Assembly: GCA_963665775.2 (NCBI GenBank) | Contig: CAXXTF010000001.1 | Coordinates: 512,001 to 576,000 of the forward strand | Length of the DNA stretch: 64,000 bases | Source of the DNA: Dehalococcoidia bacterium | GTDB taxonomy: Bacteria > Chloroflexota > Dehalococcoidia > SM23-28-2 > RBG-16-64-32 | Direction: 5' to 3' | In this document: one piece after another, positions 33,702 to 42,893 of the stretch | Layout: every line of letters begins with the position of its first letter | Position numbering within the stretch: the first letter of the stretch is position 1 | The notes under the pieces: generated by a model | Database searches by the model: none | What the model saw: only the letters and a program-made list of their open reading frames with translations | What the model was told of the DNA's origin: nothing | Program-made: the position numbers and the translations under genes

Positions 33702-34631
33702 ATGAGCACCAGGGATTACGACATCGTCGTCATCGGCGGCGGGCCGGCAGGACTATCCTGCGGCCTGTACGCGGCACGAGGCCGGTACCGAACCGTCCTC
33801 CTGGAAAAGGGCGTCATCGGCGGCCAGATTGCTCTCACGGAGGCAGTGGAGAACTACCCCGGCATCTCCGCCGTCAACGGCTTCGACCTGGGCCAGGATA
33901 TGCACAAGCAGGCCGAGAGCCATGGCATGGAGACAGAGTATGTGGGGGTGGATGGCCTGGAGCGCCAGGAGAAGCAGTGGCTAGTCCGCACCCAAGCTGA
34001 TGACTTTCTGGCGAAGGCCGTAATCGTGACCAGTGGCGCCGACTACGACAAGCTGGGGATTCCCGGCGAAGAGCGTTTGACCGGCCGAGGGGTCTCCTAC
34101 TGCGCCACCTGCGACGCCGCCTTCTTCAAGGAACAAGAGGTCGCCGTCGTCGGTGGCGGCGACGCTGCTGTTGAGGAGGCGATGTTCGCCGCCCGCTTCG
34201 CTTCCAAGGTCACCCTGATACATCGCCGCGATGAGTTGAGGGCCGGCCGTATCCTGCAGGAGAGGGCCTTCGCCAACCCCAAGATGGAGTTTCTCTGGAG
34301 CACCATAGTCACCGAGGTCCAGGGTGACAACGAGGTCACCGCGCTCAGCCTCAACAACCGGGTCAGCGGTGAGGATAGCACCCTATCCGTCGCCGCCTTG
34401 TTCATCTTCATCGGCCAGCACCCCAATACCGACTTCCTGCAAGGGCTGGTGGCGATGGACAACGGCAAGCACGTACTGGTCGATGAATGGATGGCGACGG
34501 GGCTCGACGGCCTCTTCGCCGCCGGCGACATACGGCAGAACTCTGCCCGGCAGGTGGCCAGCTCTGTGGGGGACGGCGTGACCGCCGCTATCGCCGCCGA
34601 TCACTACATCAGCGACAACTTCCCCGACTAA
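33702..34631 (+). CDS. trxB: Thioredoxin reductase
   Basis: GGGPAG, ENYPG, GRGVSYCATCD, GGGDAA, HRRD, FAAGD. Confidence 0.96.
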   Translation: MSTRDYDIVVIGGGPAGLSCGLYAARGRYRTVLLEKGVIGGQIALTEAVENYPGISAVNGFDLGQDMHKQAESHGMETEYVGVDGLERQEKQWLVRTQADDFLAKAVIVTSGADYDKLGIPGEERLTGRGVSYCATCDAAFFKEQEVAVVGGGDAAVEEAMFAARFASKVTLIHRRDELRAGRILQERAFANPKMEFLWSTIVTEVQGDNEVTALSLNNRVSGEDSTLSVAALFIFIGQHPNTDFLQGLVAMDNGKHVLVDEWMATGLDGLFAAGDIRQNSARQVASSVGDGVTAAIAADHYISDNFPD

Positions 34632-34690
34632 GGAGCGGCGGTCCGCCCTGCCTTGACAGATCGCCGCCCACCTTCGACGCTATAGTTTGC

Positions 34691-34787
34691 GGGAGTGGAA
34701 AGGTCCCGGTGGGCCTCGCGGTCTTCAAAACCGTTGCGGGGCGGTGGACCCGTCCCGGGTGGGTTCGACTCCCATGCACTCCCGCCA
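34691..34787 (+). tRNA. selC: tRNA-Sec (anticodon UCA)
   Basis: GGGAGTG/CACTCCC-GCCA acceptor stem, anticodon loop CTTCAAA, long variable arm, GGGTTCGACTCCC T-arm. Confidence 0.92.
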
Positions 34788-35074
34788 AGTATTTCGTATC
34801 TAGAACAGGCTCGTCTCAACGATGAGGCGGGTTCTCCCAACTCCTCCTCTTGTAGACCTCAATGTTCGCCGCCCCCTGCATCGGAGCTAGCGGGCATCTC
34901 ATCTTCCTGGGCAGACGTCGGCTCGCTATGCGGGCTCTATCAGACTAGACATCGCTTTCTCCTAGCGCTATCCTGGCTAAGTTAGCTAGTACAGTAGAAC
35001 GGTCGCAACCGATCACCTTCCTGACGTGCGGAGGAGTTTCCTTCGCACGCCCCGAGCGACGAGGAGGTAAGCCC

Positions 35075-35605
35075 ATGAGTAAGGTCGCGTTCCTTCGGGA
35101 GCAGCTTCGCACCGCCCACGAGTTTCTGGAGGGCACGATGCAGGATGTGTCCGAGGAGCAGGCGCACTGGGCCCCTCCGGGTGCCGCTTCGCCGATTGCC
35201 GCGCACTATCTGCACGTCGTGGCGGGTGAGGACGGCCTCGTCACCGGGATGCTGAAGGGGGGAGCGCCCCTGTTCGCCTCCGCCTGGGCGGGCAAGGTGG
35301 GGGCGGATCCCCCGCCGCCTCAGATGGGCCCGGGATCACCCTGGGACGTTTGGGCGCGTCAGGTACGCGTTGACCTTCCGGCGGCCCGGCAGTACGCGGC
35401 GGCCGTCTACCAGGCCACGGACGACTATCTGGCCTCGCTAGACGACGCCGGTCTGGACCGCGAGCTAGACCTGTCGGAGATGGGGCTGGGCAAGCCGACG
35501 TTGGGCTAGATGGTAGCCGTGGCCGTGCTGGGCAACGTGAACATGCACTGTGGCGAGATCGCCTGCCTCAAGGGTCTCCAGGGGGCGAAGGGCTATCCCA
35601 TGTAG
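35075..35605 (+). pseudogene. DinB-like protein interrupted by an in-frame TAG at 35507-35509
   Basis: IAAHYLH..AGED in the first part; after TAG the frame continues MVAVAVLGNVNMHCGEIACLKGLQGAKGYPM*, carrying a DinB-like H.GEI motif. Confidence 0.72.
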
Positions 35606-35608
35606 GGA

Positions 35609-36577
35609 TCAGACGCGGAGGCGTTCCAGGAGGCCGTCCTCCGCGGAGAAGTCCCAAGGGCGGTCGTCCAGCCCTTCCGCGATATACCATCGATACGTTT
35701 CGGCCGTCCCGATAGCCATCGCTCTCGGCTGGAAATCCAGGTGAGCCTGCGCCTTCCTGGTGTCGTAAATAGCGCTGCTTCGCCACGGGTAGGCGGGGAA
35801 TGAGGACGGGGTGCCTCTATCGTCCAGCATTTCCGGTGGCACGAGGACCAAGCGCGGTTCGATCCCCACGATGCGTCCGAGGAAGGTCACATAATCGACG
35901 AGGGTGACGGCCTCCGGCCCGGCCAGCGTGTATGCCTGCCCCAGGGAGGAGCCCGTCTCGGGTGCGGAGGCGAAGGCCCGCGCCAGGTCGCTCACGTGAA
36001 CTAGGTGGATCACGGCGGAGCCATCGCCGGGCACCAGAATCGGGCGTTTCCGGAGAAGTCTGGCAAACAGGCTGAACTCTCGTTGGGGGTTGTAGTTGTT
36101 CGGGCCGTAGACCGTGCAGGGGCGCAAGATGGTGAATGGGAAGGCGCGGGCGCGCCAGCGCTCTCTCAGGTACTCCTCGCAGGCAAGCTTGTCCAGACCA
36201 TACTGAGAGGCCTGGGAGGTGTCCTTGGCCAGCGGCTGCTGTTCCGTAATAGGGAAGGTCTCCGAAGGGGCGTACACACCGACGGTGGAGCAGAAGACGT
36301 AGCGCCCCACATGTCCTGCCAGCGCTTCCACCGCTGCCGCCAGCGTAGACGTTGTGTAGGCGGAGAAGTCGAATGCGACGTCGAACTCCCGGCTCCTGAG
36401 GACCCTCTTGACGGCCGTTGGGTCGGCGCGGTCCGCATACAGGCGCTCGATATCCGGGGGTAGCGCTGCGGGAGCCTGACCGCGATTGAGGAGAGCGACC
36501 TGATGGCCGCGCCTCAACAGTTCGTATACGAGGTGGAGGCCGATGAACCGGGTTCCTCCCAGCACGAGGGCGCGCAT
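35609..36577 (-). CDS. NAD-dependent epimerase/dehydratase (extended SDR)
   Basis: LVLGGTRFIG, YGLDK (YxxxK), LRP..VYGP, VHVSDLA. Confidence 0.9.
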   Translation of the reverse strand: MRALVLGGTRFIGLHLVYELLRRGHQVALLNRGQAPAALPPDIERLYADRADPTAVKRVLRSREFDVAFDFSAYTTSTLAAAVEALAGHVGRYVFCSTVGVYAPSETFPITEQQPLAKDTSQASQYGLDKLACEEYLRERWRARAFPFTILRPCTVYGPNNYNPQREFSLFARLLRKRPILVPGDGSAVIHLVHVSDLARAFASAPETGSSLGQAYTLAGPEAVTLVDYVTFLGRIVGIEPRLVLVPPEMLDDRGTPSSFPAYPWRSSAIYDTRKAQAHLDFQPRAMAIGTAETYRWYIAEGLDDRPWDFSAEDGLLERLRV

Positions 36578-36719
36578 CCTATCTCGATGGCGAGGCGCAA
36601 GTCACTGCTCGCCCTTCGCCCTTCATCTGTTTGCCGCTTACGGCTCGCAAGGGTATCTCGGCCCTGAGCCGCCACAGCTCTCGACAGAAGCTGGTTGGGC
36701 TAGCTTCGGCGATCTGTCT

Positions 36720-36956
36720 CTATGACCCTTGGACCTGTCGCAGAGCGGCGACGACCTCTCCCTCTTTGATCTTGTGATCGCTGCCGAGGTAGTCGCTGCT
36801 TCTCCCCCCCACCAGGAGTGCGGAGTAGCGCCAGGCTGGCCCCAGACGCTTCCCGAGCATCTCCTTGATCTCGGCCGGGGATACGCCATCCTCGCCCACG
36901 TCGAGCTCCAGGTTGTTGACATGCCCACCCATGATCTGGACCGTTATCTTCGACAT
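36720..36956 (-). CDS. MoaD/ThiS-like ubiquitin-fold small protein with atypical C-terminus (QGS)
   Basis: 78 aa; IKEGEVVAAL..V.G C-terminal pattern; downstream of the AOR gene; Shine-Dalgarno GAGGAAGG. Confidence 0.55.
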   Translation of the reverse strand: MSKITVQIMGGHVNNLELDVGEDGVSPAEIKEMLGKRLGPAWRYSALLVGGRSSDYLGSDHKIKEGEVVAALRQVQGS

Positions 36957-37159
36957 CGCGCTGTTTCCTTCCTCAGGCTCTTCACCAGTGTCCGGTCCCC
37001 GAGTCCGTGGCGCCCAGGATCAGCCGGCGACGGCTATCTCCGGATAGAGGTCCGGGATCAGGTCCTCCAGGCCCTTGGTGACGCTGACTTTGTGCGCCAT
37101 GCCCTGGGGGTCATCGCTTGTGGCTGCCATTCGCCGGGGGATACAAATCATATTTACGG

Positions 37160-37199
37160 TAGATAGCTTTTGTATACACTTGCTTCGACATGCTGTCAA
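37160..37199 (-). promoter_or_regulatory. Promoter with shared operator motif upstream of the MoaD-like gene
   Basis: TTGACA-N17-TATACA; GTATACAAAAGCTATCTA. Confidence 0.65.
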
Positions 37200-37228
37200 G
37201 GCCTGGCGGCTTTTGTATGAGCGATCCC

Positions 37229-39202
37229 TTAGAGTCCCAGCCTGGTCACCGTTTCAGGAGTTGGCCGCCCATTCTTGGCCTCCCAGCCCATCTGACGGTA
37301 ATACTCCTCCACCATCTCCTTCAGATATGGGGCGATGGACTTGCCTGCGGCCGGACCCATCGAGGGGGGCTCCAGCAAGCGGGGCGAGACCTCAAGATCG
37401 TTCCTCTTGACGAAATCACGCTGCAGAGCGATCAGGCGCATGGTCGTGGCCGCCCGCTCACCCACATCGAGAGCCTCTTCGGTGTCGAGGTCGTCCCAGC
37501 CTACTGCCGCCCCTATCGCTTGGCTCACGGTGGCGGCAGGGGCTTGGGCAAACCAGCAGACGCCGGTGCAATCGTGCCAGAGCTTGCTCCGCTGGTTATG
37601 GTGCACCTCGCGCGCCTTGCCGGCGGCCTCTTCCGGCGTATCGATTACGCCTGGAGTCGTCTCGGAATACCCTGAGTCCGGCTGTGGCGCCACGAAGTCG
37701 GCCGCCGGAGCGTGCCACCCTGGCCCGGCCGGTGAAACGATCTGGCCCAGCAAGGTGCCCCAGAAGAACCGCAGATCGTGGATGTTTATTCCGGCACCTT
37801 TGACGTGAACGGAAATCTGCTCAATCTCCTGCTGGAGTTCGGGCCGGCCTTTCTTCTTGGACAGGTGGAAGGCGGCCTTGCCCAATCCAGATGCCAACCA
37901 GGATACGTCTGGCCGGGAGCCCGCAAGCTCGTGGCCCTCCCGCGAGACCATCTGGCCTAGCATCTCCATTACCGCCTCGTGGTTGCCCCAGGTCAGTTCC
38001 AGATCGCCGGTATCCTCCCTGGTGATGAGGCCTTTCTCGTACGCTTCGAACGCCATGGCGATCGTGCAGCCCACGGTGCTGCTTTCCAATCCCAGGGCGT
38101 CGTACAGATCCGTCAGGGCGAGAGCCACCCCTGGGTCCTGGACGCCGATCATCGCCGCCGCGCCCTCCGGACCCTGACTGCCGCCACTCAGGCTGACCGT
38201 TTGGCCGGCAAACGGTCCGTCCCCGATCTCGACGTCGTAGGCGCAGGGTATCTTGCAGTTGTAGCAGGGTTTGGGGGTGATCTGCCAGCGGTCGGCGATC
38301 TGGGAGTAGCGTTCGGCGAACACCTTCCCCCCCTCGGGGTCGGTGAGGTTCTTGTAAGCCACCACATACTGGTCACCTAGGGCAGAATAAAGCTCCTTCG
38401 CGTTCCTCCTGACCCGCGTGGCAGACCCTGGCTGTCGCCCTCCGTCCGCCAGCTCCTCCTCCCAGCGTGCCACCGCCTCCTGGAAGGCGCTGGGGTTCGC
38501 TATAGGCACCGCCTTCGTCCCCCGCACGGCGATCGCCTTCAGCCGTTTGCTGCCCATGATTGCGCCCGGGCTCCCTTTGCCGGCGCCGTGGTTACGATCG
38601 TTCTTGATCATGCCCCCGTGGATCATCGCCTCGCCACCGGGACCGATGCAGGCGACGCTGATCTTCTCGGGGTCTCCGCCTAGCTCCTCCTTGACCCGGC
38701 GCTCGGTCTCCCGAGTGTCGAGCCCCCAAAGGTGGTCCGCGTTCCGGATCTCCGCGCGGCCCTCGTCTATCACGAGCATGATGTGACGGTCGGATCGTCC
38801 CTCTATCACGATGCCATCATAGCCGGCGAACTTCAGGTAGGGACCCCAGAAGCCGTGGGAGTGCCCAACTCCGGCGGCGTAGGAAACCTCGAGGTTGATG
38901 CAAACGGTGGTGTAGTCGGAGGAACAGGGGGCATCGGTACCCGTGAGGGGGCCTGTCATTAAGATGAGCGGCGCCTCTTCATCCCACGCATCCATGGGGT
39001 ACATTTCGATCCCCTCCGCCTGCTGCTCTTCCCGCCGCACGTCGAACCGCCGCAGCGCCTTTCGCAGGTAGTACAGCCCCAGGCCGGTCCCGCCAACGAA
39101 CTTTCTCAGCGTCTCCTCATCGGGCAGGGGCTCCTCAGAGATGGAGTGGTCGGTGACGTTGACCGCCAGGATTTGCCCCATGTAACCGCCGGATATAGGC
39201 AT
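37229..39202 (-). CDS. aor: Aldehyde:ferredoxin oxidoreductase family (tungstopterin) enzyme
   Basis: GGYMGQIL.VN, GPLTGT, LKFAGYDGIVIEG, IGPGGE, GAIMGSKRLKAIAV, C.NC..PC, EYY..MGW. Confidence 0.92.
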   Translation of the reverse strand: MPISGGYMGQILAVNVTDHSISEEPLPDEETLRKFVGGTGLGLYYLRKALRRFDVRREEQQAEGIEMYPMDAWDEEAPLILMTGPLTGTDAPCSSDYTTVCINLEVSYAAGVGHSHGFWGPYLKFAGYDGIVIEGRSDRHIMLVIDEGRAEIRNADHLWGLDTRETERRVKEELGGDPEKISVACIGPGGEAMIHGGMIKNDRNHGAGKGSPGAIMGSKRLKAIAVRGTKAVPIANPSAFQEAVARWEEELADGGRQPGSATRVRRNAKELYSALGDQYVVAYKNLTDPEGGKVFAERYSQIADRWQITPKPCYNCKIPCAYDVEIGDGPFAGQTVSLSGGSQGPEGAAAMIGVQDPGVALALTDLYDALGLESSTVGCTIAMAFEAYEKGLITREDTGDLELTWGNHEAVMEMLGQMVSREGHELAGSRPDVSWLASGLGKAAFHLSKKKGRPELQQEIEQISVHVKGAGINIHDLRFFWGTLLGQIVSPAGPGWHAPAADFVAPQPDSGYSETTPGVIDTPEEAAGKAREVHHNQRSKLWHDCTGVCWFAQAPAATVSQAIGAAVGWDDLDTEEALDVGERAATTMRLIALQRDFVKRNDLEVSPRLLEPPSMGPAAGKSIAPYLKEMVEEYYRQMGWEAKNGRPTPETVTRLGL

Positions 39203-39382
39203 CTTCCACCCTTTCCCCTTCTCAATGGGAGGAAACTGGTCGGAGGCTTCGGGGTTGGTCTAGCGAACCCACAGGTTCAGAAAAACCGCCCCAAAGCCTC
39301 CGAATATCTCTTGCCCAAAGGAGCTTGATCTAACCTACCCCGGTCTCAGTGCGCACTCCCCCTTAGCGTAGAGGTCCAATTA

Positions 39383-40444
39383 TCAGAGTCCGAGACCCGG
39401 GGATTTTCCGGCCGGTTGGATCCCCATGGTGAAATCAGTCGGGGCTGTTGACCACTGACCGATCCCAGGGGCGAATTGCTGCGAGAAACCGCCCACTCTG
39501 AGCACGATGTACTTGAAAGCGTAATCGCCGACAACGGCTATCAACGCCACGATGGCCAGTAGTACCGTGGCATCCTCTATCAGATGCCAGGTTAGGCTCA
39601 TGGCCGAGACAACCAACGGAAGTCCGACCCCCCCTATAACAACGGCGACGATGAAAAGCGACCGCAGCGGCCCGATGATCGACTTCCAGGCAGATTCGCG
39701 CAGGAAATGGTCTCTATGGATGGTGAGGAGGTAGCTGGCCAGGGCGAAAGCGCCAGCCGCCAGCAGGATTGTCTCTAACTCATGCAGCGCCTCAAGGTTC
39801 AGGGCGCGGGTTGTGTCGTTATGAATGGGCGCATACAGGGCACCCAAGAACCCGGCTCCGCCCAACAGGCTGAAAATTGGGAATAGCAGAATCATCAGAG
39901 CCATGTTCCAGGCGCCGATAGCGGCAGACTCGCTGAGAAGGAAGCCATCATATACGACTAGAATGCCTAGCAACGCTACACACGTGATGAAGAGCGCCAG
40001 CTCCACGCCGGCCCCTGCTTCCCCGAACAGGCCGGCGATCGGCCAGAGGATGTAGAGGCCGCCGGCAACGGCGAATATATTAAGGGTTATTATCCCGCGG
40101 CTGATCCAGGAAGACCGCCACCGCGATACCGCACGCCAGCCACGAAGGGGATTCCCGAGGAACAGGACGTGGAAGAAACCCTTGCCGCCAACCCCGATAA
40201 TGTATCCGGCAATGAAGTACCAATCGCTAGAAGCACGCTCGAGAGCCAATGCTATCAATGCCGCCCCCGAGCCAACGCCGCCGAGGAAGAGGGCGATCAA
40301 CAGATACGTGCTGTTGCTTACCCAACCGCCTCTCCCCACTCCCCACTCCCTCTGTGGGGTGAAGGTGTCGCTCCACTCCTCCATCTCTAAGTCCGGCGGC
40401 TCCCACGCCATGGGATTGTCTATTACACGATCACCTTCTGCCAT
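39383..40444 (-). CDS. NrfD/PsrC/DmsC-like membrane anchor
   Basis: Many transmembrane segments; LFLGG, H...LGNP.R.W, SSWISRG. Confidence 0.8.
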   Translation of the reverse strand: MAEGDRVIDNPMAWEPPDLEMEEWSDTFTPQREWGVGRGGWVSNSTYLLIALFLGGVGSGAALIALALERASSDWYFIAGYIIGVGGKGFFHVLFLGNPLRGWRAVSRWRSSWISRGIITLNIFAVAGGLYILWPIAGLFGEAGAGVELALFITCVALLGILVVYDGFLLSESAAIGAWNMALMILLFPIFSLLGGAGFLGALYAPIHNDTTRALNLEALHELETILLAAGAFALASYLLTIHRDHFLRESAWKSIIGPLRSLFIVAVVIGGVGLPLVVSAMSLTWHLIEDATVLLAIVALIAVVGDYAFKYIVLRVGGFSQQFAPGIGQWSTAPTDFTMGIQPAGKSPGLGL

Positions 40445-40465
40445 GATTAGCGTCCCCCGCCTTAC

Positions 40466-41122
40466 TTACTGAGGCAGGTAGTATACGGAGGGATCGGTTC
40501 CGGCCTCAGGCCGGAGCTGGAAGCCACCGCGGGCGGCGATGAGCCGGTTCATCTCATCGTTGGGATCGTTCAAGTCTCCGAAGTACATCGCCTTCGCTAT
40601 ACACGTAATCACACAGGCAGGCGTCGCTTCTCGGTCAACCCCCGGCTTCAGGCCGTTCGCCTCGGCCTTCCTCAGCCGGTGCTCACAGAAGGTGCACTTG
40701 ACGACGGTGTTGATCTTCGAATTCCAGTCGATGCGAGCCTCGCCTCCCGCCTCTTCAAACGGCGTGAAGCCGTGGTCAGGGAAGTAAGCTTTCCGCTCCT
40801 TGAGGAAGTACCGGTTCTTGTAGGGGCAGGCCATCATGCAGTAGCGACAGCCGATGCACTTGTGCTCGTCGATCAAGACCAGGCCGCCCTCCTCAGTGTG
40901 AGAAGCGCCGGTCGGGCAGACCGTGACGCAGGGAGGGTTGGCGCAGTGGTTGCAGGCTACCGGCACGGGAACCCGCCGCGCGTTCGGATACTTCCCCTCC
41001 TCGTGCCAGAGGACGCGTCGCCAGTGGATCGCCGGCGGCGTCCCGTTCTCCGCCTTACAGGCGATCGCGCAGGCGTAGCAGCCGATGCATCGCTTGAGAT
41101 CGATCAGCATGCCGTATCTCAT
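40466..41122 (-). CDS. NrfC/DmsB-type 4x[4Fe-4S] electron-transfer subunit
   Basis: CIGCYACAIACK, CNHCANPPCVTVCP, CIGCRYCMMACP, KCTFC...PACVITC. Confidence 0.93.
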   Translation of the reverse strand: MRYGMLIDLKRCIGCYACAIACKAENGTPPAIHWRRVLWHEEGKYPNARRVPVPVACNHCANPPCVTVCPTGASHTEEGGLVLIDEHKCIGCRYCMMACPYKNRYFLKERKAYFPDHGFTPFEEAGGEARIDWNSKINTVVKCTFCEHRLRKAEANGLKPGVDREATPACVITCIAKAMYFGDLNDPNDEMNRLIAARGGFQLRPEAGTDPSVYYLPQ

Positions 41123-41161
41123 GACTATTTACCTCCACAAGACCAACGATGGTAAATACAA

Positions 41162-41199
41162 TACATAGCTTTTATATACCTATCCCAGGGCGCTGTCAA
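41162..41199 (-). promoter_or_regulatory. Promoter with shared operator motif upstream of the NrfC-NrfD-AOR operon
   Basis: TTGACA-N17-TATAAA; GTATATAAAAGCTATGTA. Confidence 0.7.
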
Positions 41200-41307
41200 T
41201 ATTTGGATCGAGAAATTTGCAGCTTTTTGTCCGGCTTTTCCGAATTCCGATAGTACATCTCCGACCCTGATATGCCAGCCCCCGAGTAGACCAATCTCCG
41301 CCGGGCG

Positions 41308-42582
41308 TCAATCGATGTGACGCACGCTGGGGATCATGATGGCGACGGCGCCGGCGGTGAAGATGCACAGGCTGCCAAAGATCATGAGCCCTGTCTGCGG
41401 ACCGACGCTCGCCGCCAGGAAGGCGGCGATCATCGCCCCTAGGGGTATGAGGCCCCGGTCCAGACTCATGAGGCTCATCATGCGGCCATGCATCTCTGGC
41501 GGCGCCGACTCCAGCAGGACGGTGTTATTTATGGACATGTATGAGGTCTGCATGAGACCGACAAAGGCGATGATGACGTAGGCAAGGGGGAGGAAGTGTA
41601 GATACGATACGGAGGCGAAGGCGATGAGGCTGATTCCGAACAGGATCACCCCCATGATCAGGAGTCGCCCCCGGTGCCGGAAGTGGCCCACCGTGGCTAC
41701 GGTCAGCGCCCCCATTAGGGCGCCGGCGCCGGTGGCGGCCATCAGGGAACCCATGCCCCAGCTGCCGATGTCATACACCTCCAGGGCGAATAGCGGGATA
41801 AAGATTGACGCGTAAGGTAGCCCGAAGAGGAACAGCGCCACAGCCAGGGAGATGGACCCAAGGGCGACGCGGTTGTCCCTAGCGTAGCGTAACCCCTCCG
41901 TTAGGCTTCCCCACATGGACTCGCGGACGCGTTCGGGCTGGCTATTACTGGGAACCCGGATCATGAACGTCATCAAAATGACCCAGGCGTAAAGTATGCC
42001 GTTAAGGAGGTACACGTTGCCCAGATTTATGGTGGCTATCAGTACGCCGGCAAGGGCAGTGCCGACGATACGCATGAGATTCATCGCCACGGTGTTCAGG
42101 GCGATGGCGTTCGTGAGGTTTCCCTTTCCCACGAGGCTGGGGATCATCGCCTGCCGTGCGGGCGCGTTGAAGGCCATAGAGGTGCCCATGCTGAAAGACA
42201 AAACGTACACGTGCCACGGCTGAACGAGGCCGGTGAAGATCAGAGCCGCCGTGGTCAGGTGTATCGAGGTGGTAGCGGTCTGGCAGACTAGAAGAATGCG
42301 GCGCCGGTCGAAGCGGTCAGCTATAACCCCGGCCAGGAGGCCGAAGGCGAGCATGGGTATCATGCGGGTGGCGCTCACCAACCCCAGGGCTACCGCGGAG
42401 CCGGTTAGCTCCAGTATCAACCAGGGCCGCGCTACCGCCTCCATCCACATGGACGCCGACGAGCCCAGTTGACCAAACCATAAGAGGCGGTAGTTGGGAT
42501 AGCTGAGGGCCTGAAACGTCTTGGCCTTCCAGGCTATCTGTGTCCGGGAAGCGGGTAATGCCTCCTCTGTCTCTTGCTCCAA
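41308..42582 (-). CDS. MFS transporter (MFS_3/EntS-like)
   Basis: FQAL..PNYRLLW.GQ, GVIADRFDRRR, about 12 transmembrane segments, GRMMS. Confidence 0.9.
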   Translation of the reverse strand: MEQETEEALPASRTQIAWKAKTFQALSYPNYRLLWFGQLGSSASMWMEAVARPWLILELTGSAVALGLVSATRMIPMLAFGLLAGVIADRFDRRRILLVCQTATTSIHLTTAALIFTGLVQPWHVYVLSFSMGTSMAFNAPARQAMIPSLVGKGNLTNAIALNTVAMNLMRIVGTALAGVLIATINLGNVYLLNGILYAWVILMTFMIRVPSNSQPERVRESMWGSLTEGLRYARDNRVALGSISLAVALFLFGLPYASIFIPLFALEVYDIGSWGMGSLMAATGAGALMGALTVATVGHFRHRGRLLIMGVILFGISLIAFASVSYLHFLPLAYVIIAFVGLMQTSYMSINNTVLLESAPPEMHGRMMSLMSLDRGLIPLGAMIAAFLAASVGPQTGLMIFGSLCIFTAGAVAIMIPSVRHID

Positions 42583-42893
42583 GCTCTATCCTCTACCCTT
42601 GCTAGCCTGGAAGATCGTGTGCAGACACTCGAATGGCGCCGCGTATACCAGTGTATCACCTTTACGCGAACTGGAACAATGCTTCGTGATCAGTTTGTGG
42701 CGGTCACCGCAGGCTCGGCAATCGACAGCGGGGCCAGGCATGGCTATGATCCGTTGTTGGCTGACTGTAGTGGTTCTCTATAGCGCGGTCAGACGGCCCG
42801 TATAGCGGCGGCCGGGCCTTGCTCCCTTGCTCATCGCCTTGTGGCTGGCCATAATTGGCTCAGCATCCCTTCTAACCTCCTGAAGGAGACCTC

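Noticed and set aside
33364-34631. Selenocysteine in TrxA or TrxB given the adjacent selC
   Set aside because: Both have ordinary Cys motifs (WCGPC, CATC) and no in-frame TGA.
34787-35075. Genomic island integrated at tRNA-Sec
   Set aside because: No integrase downstream and no duplicated tRNA 3' end found by eye.
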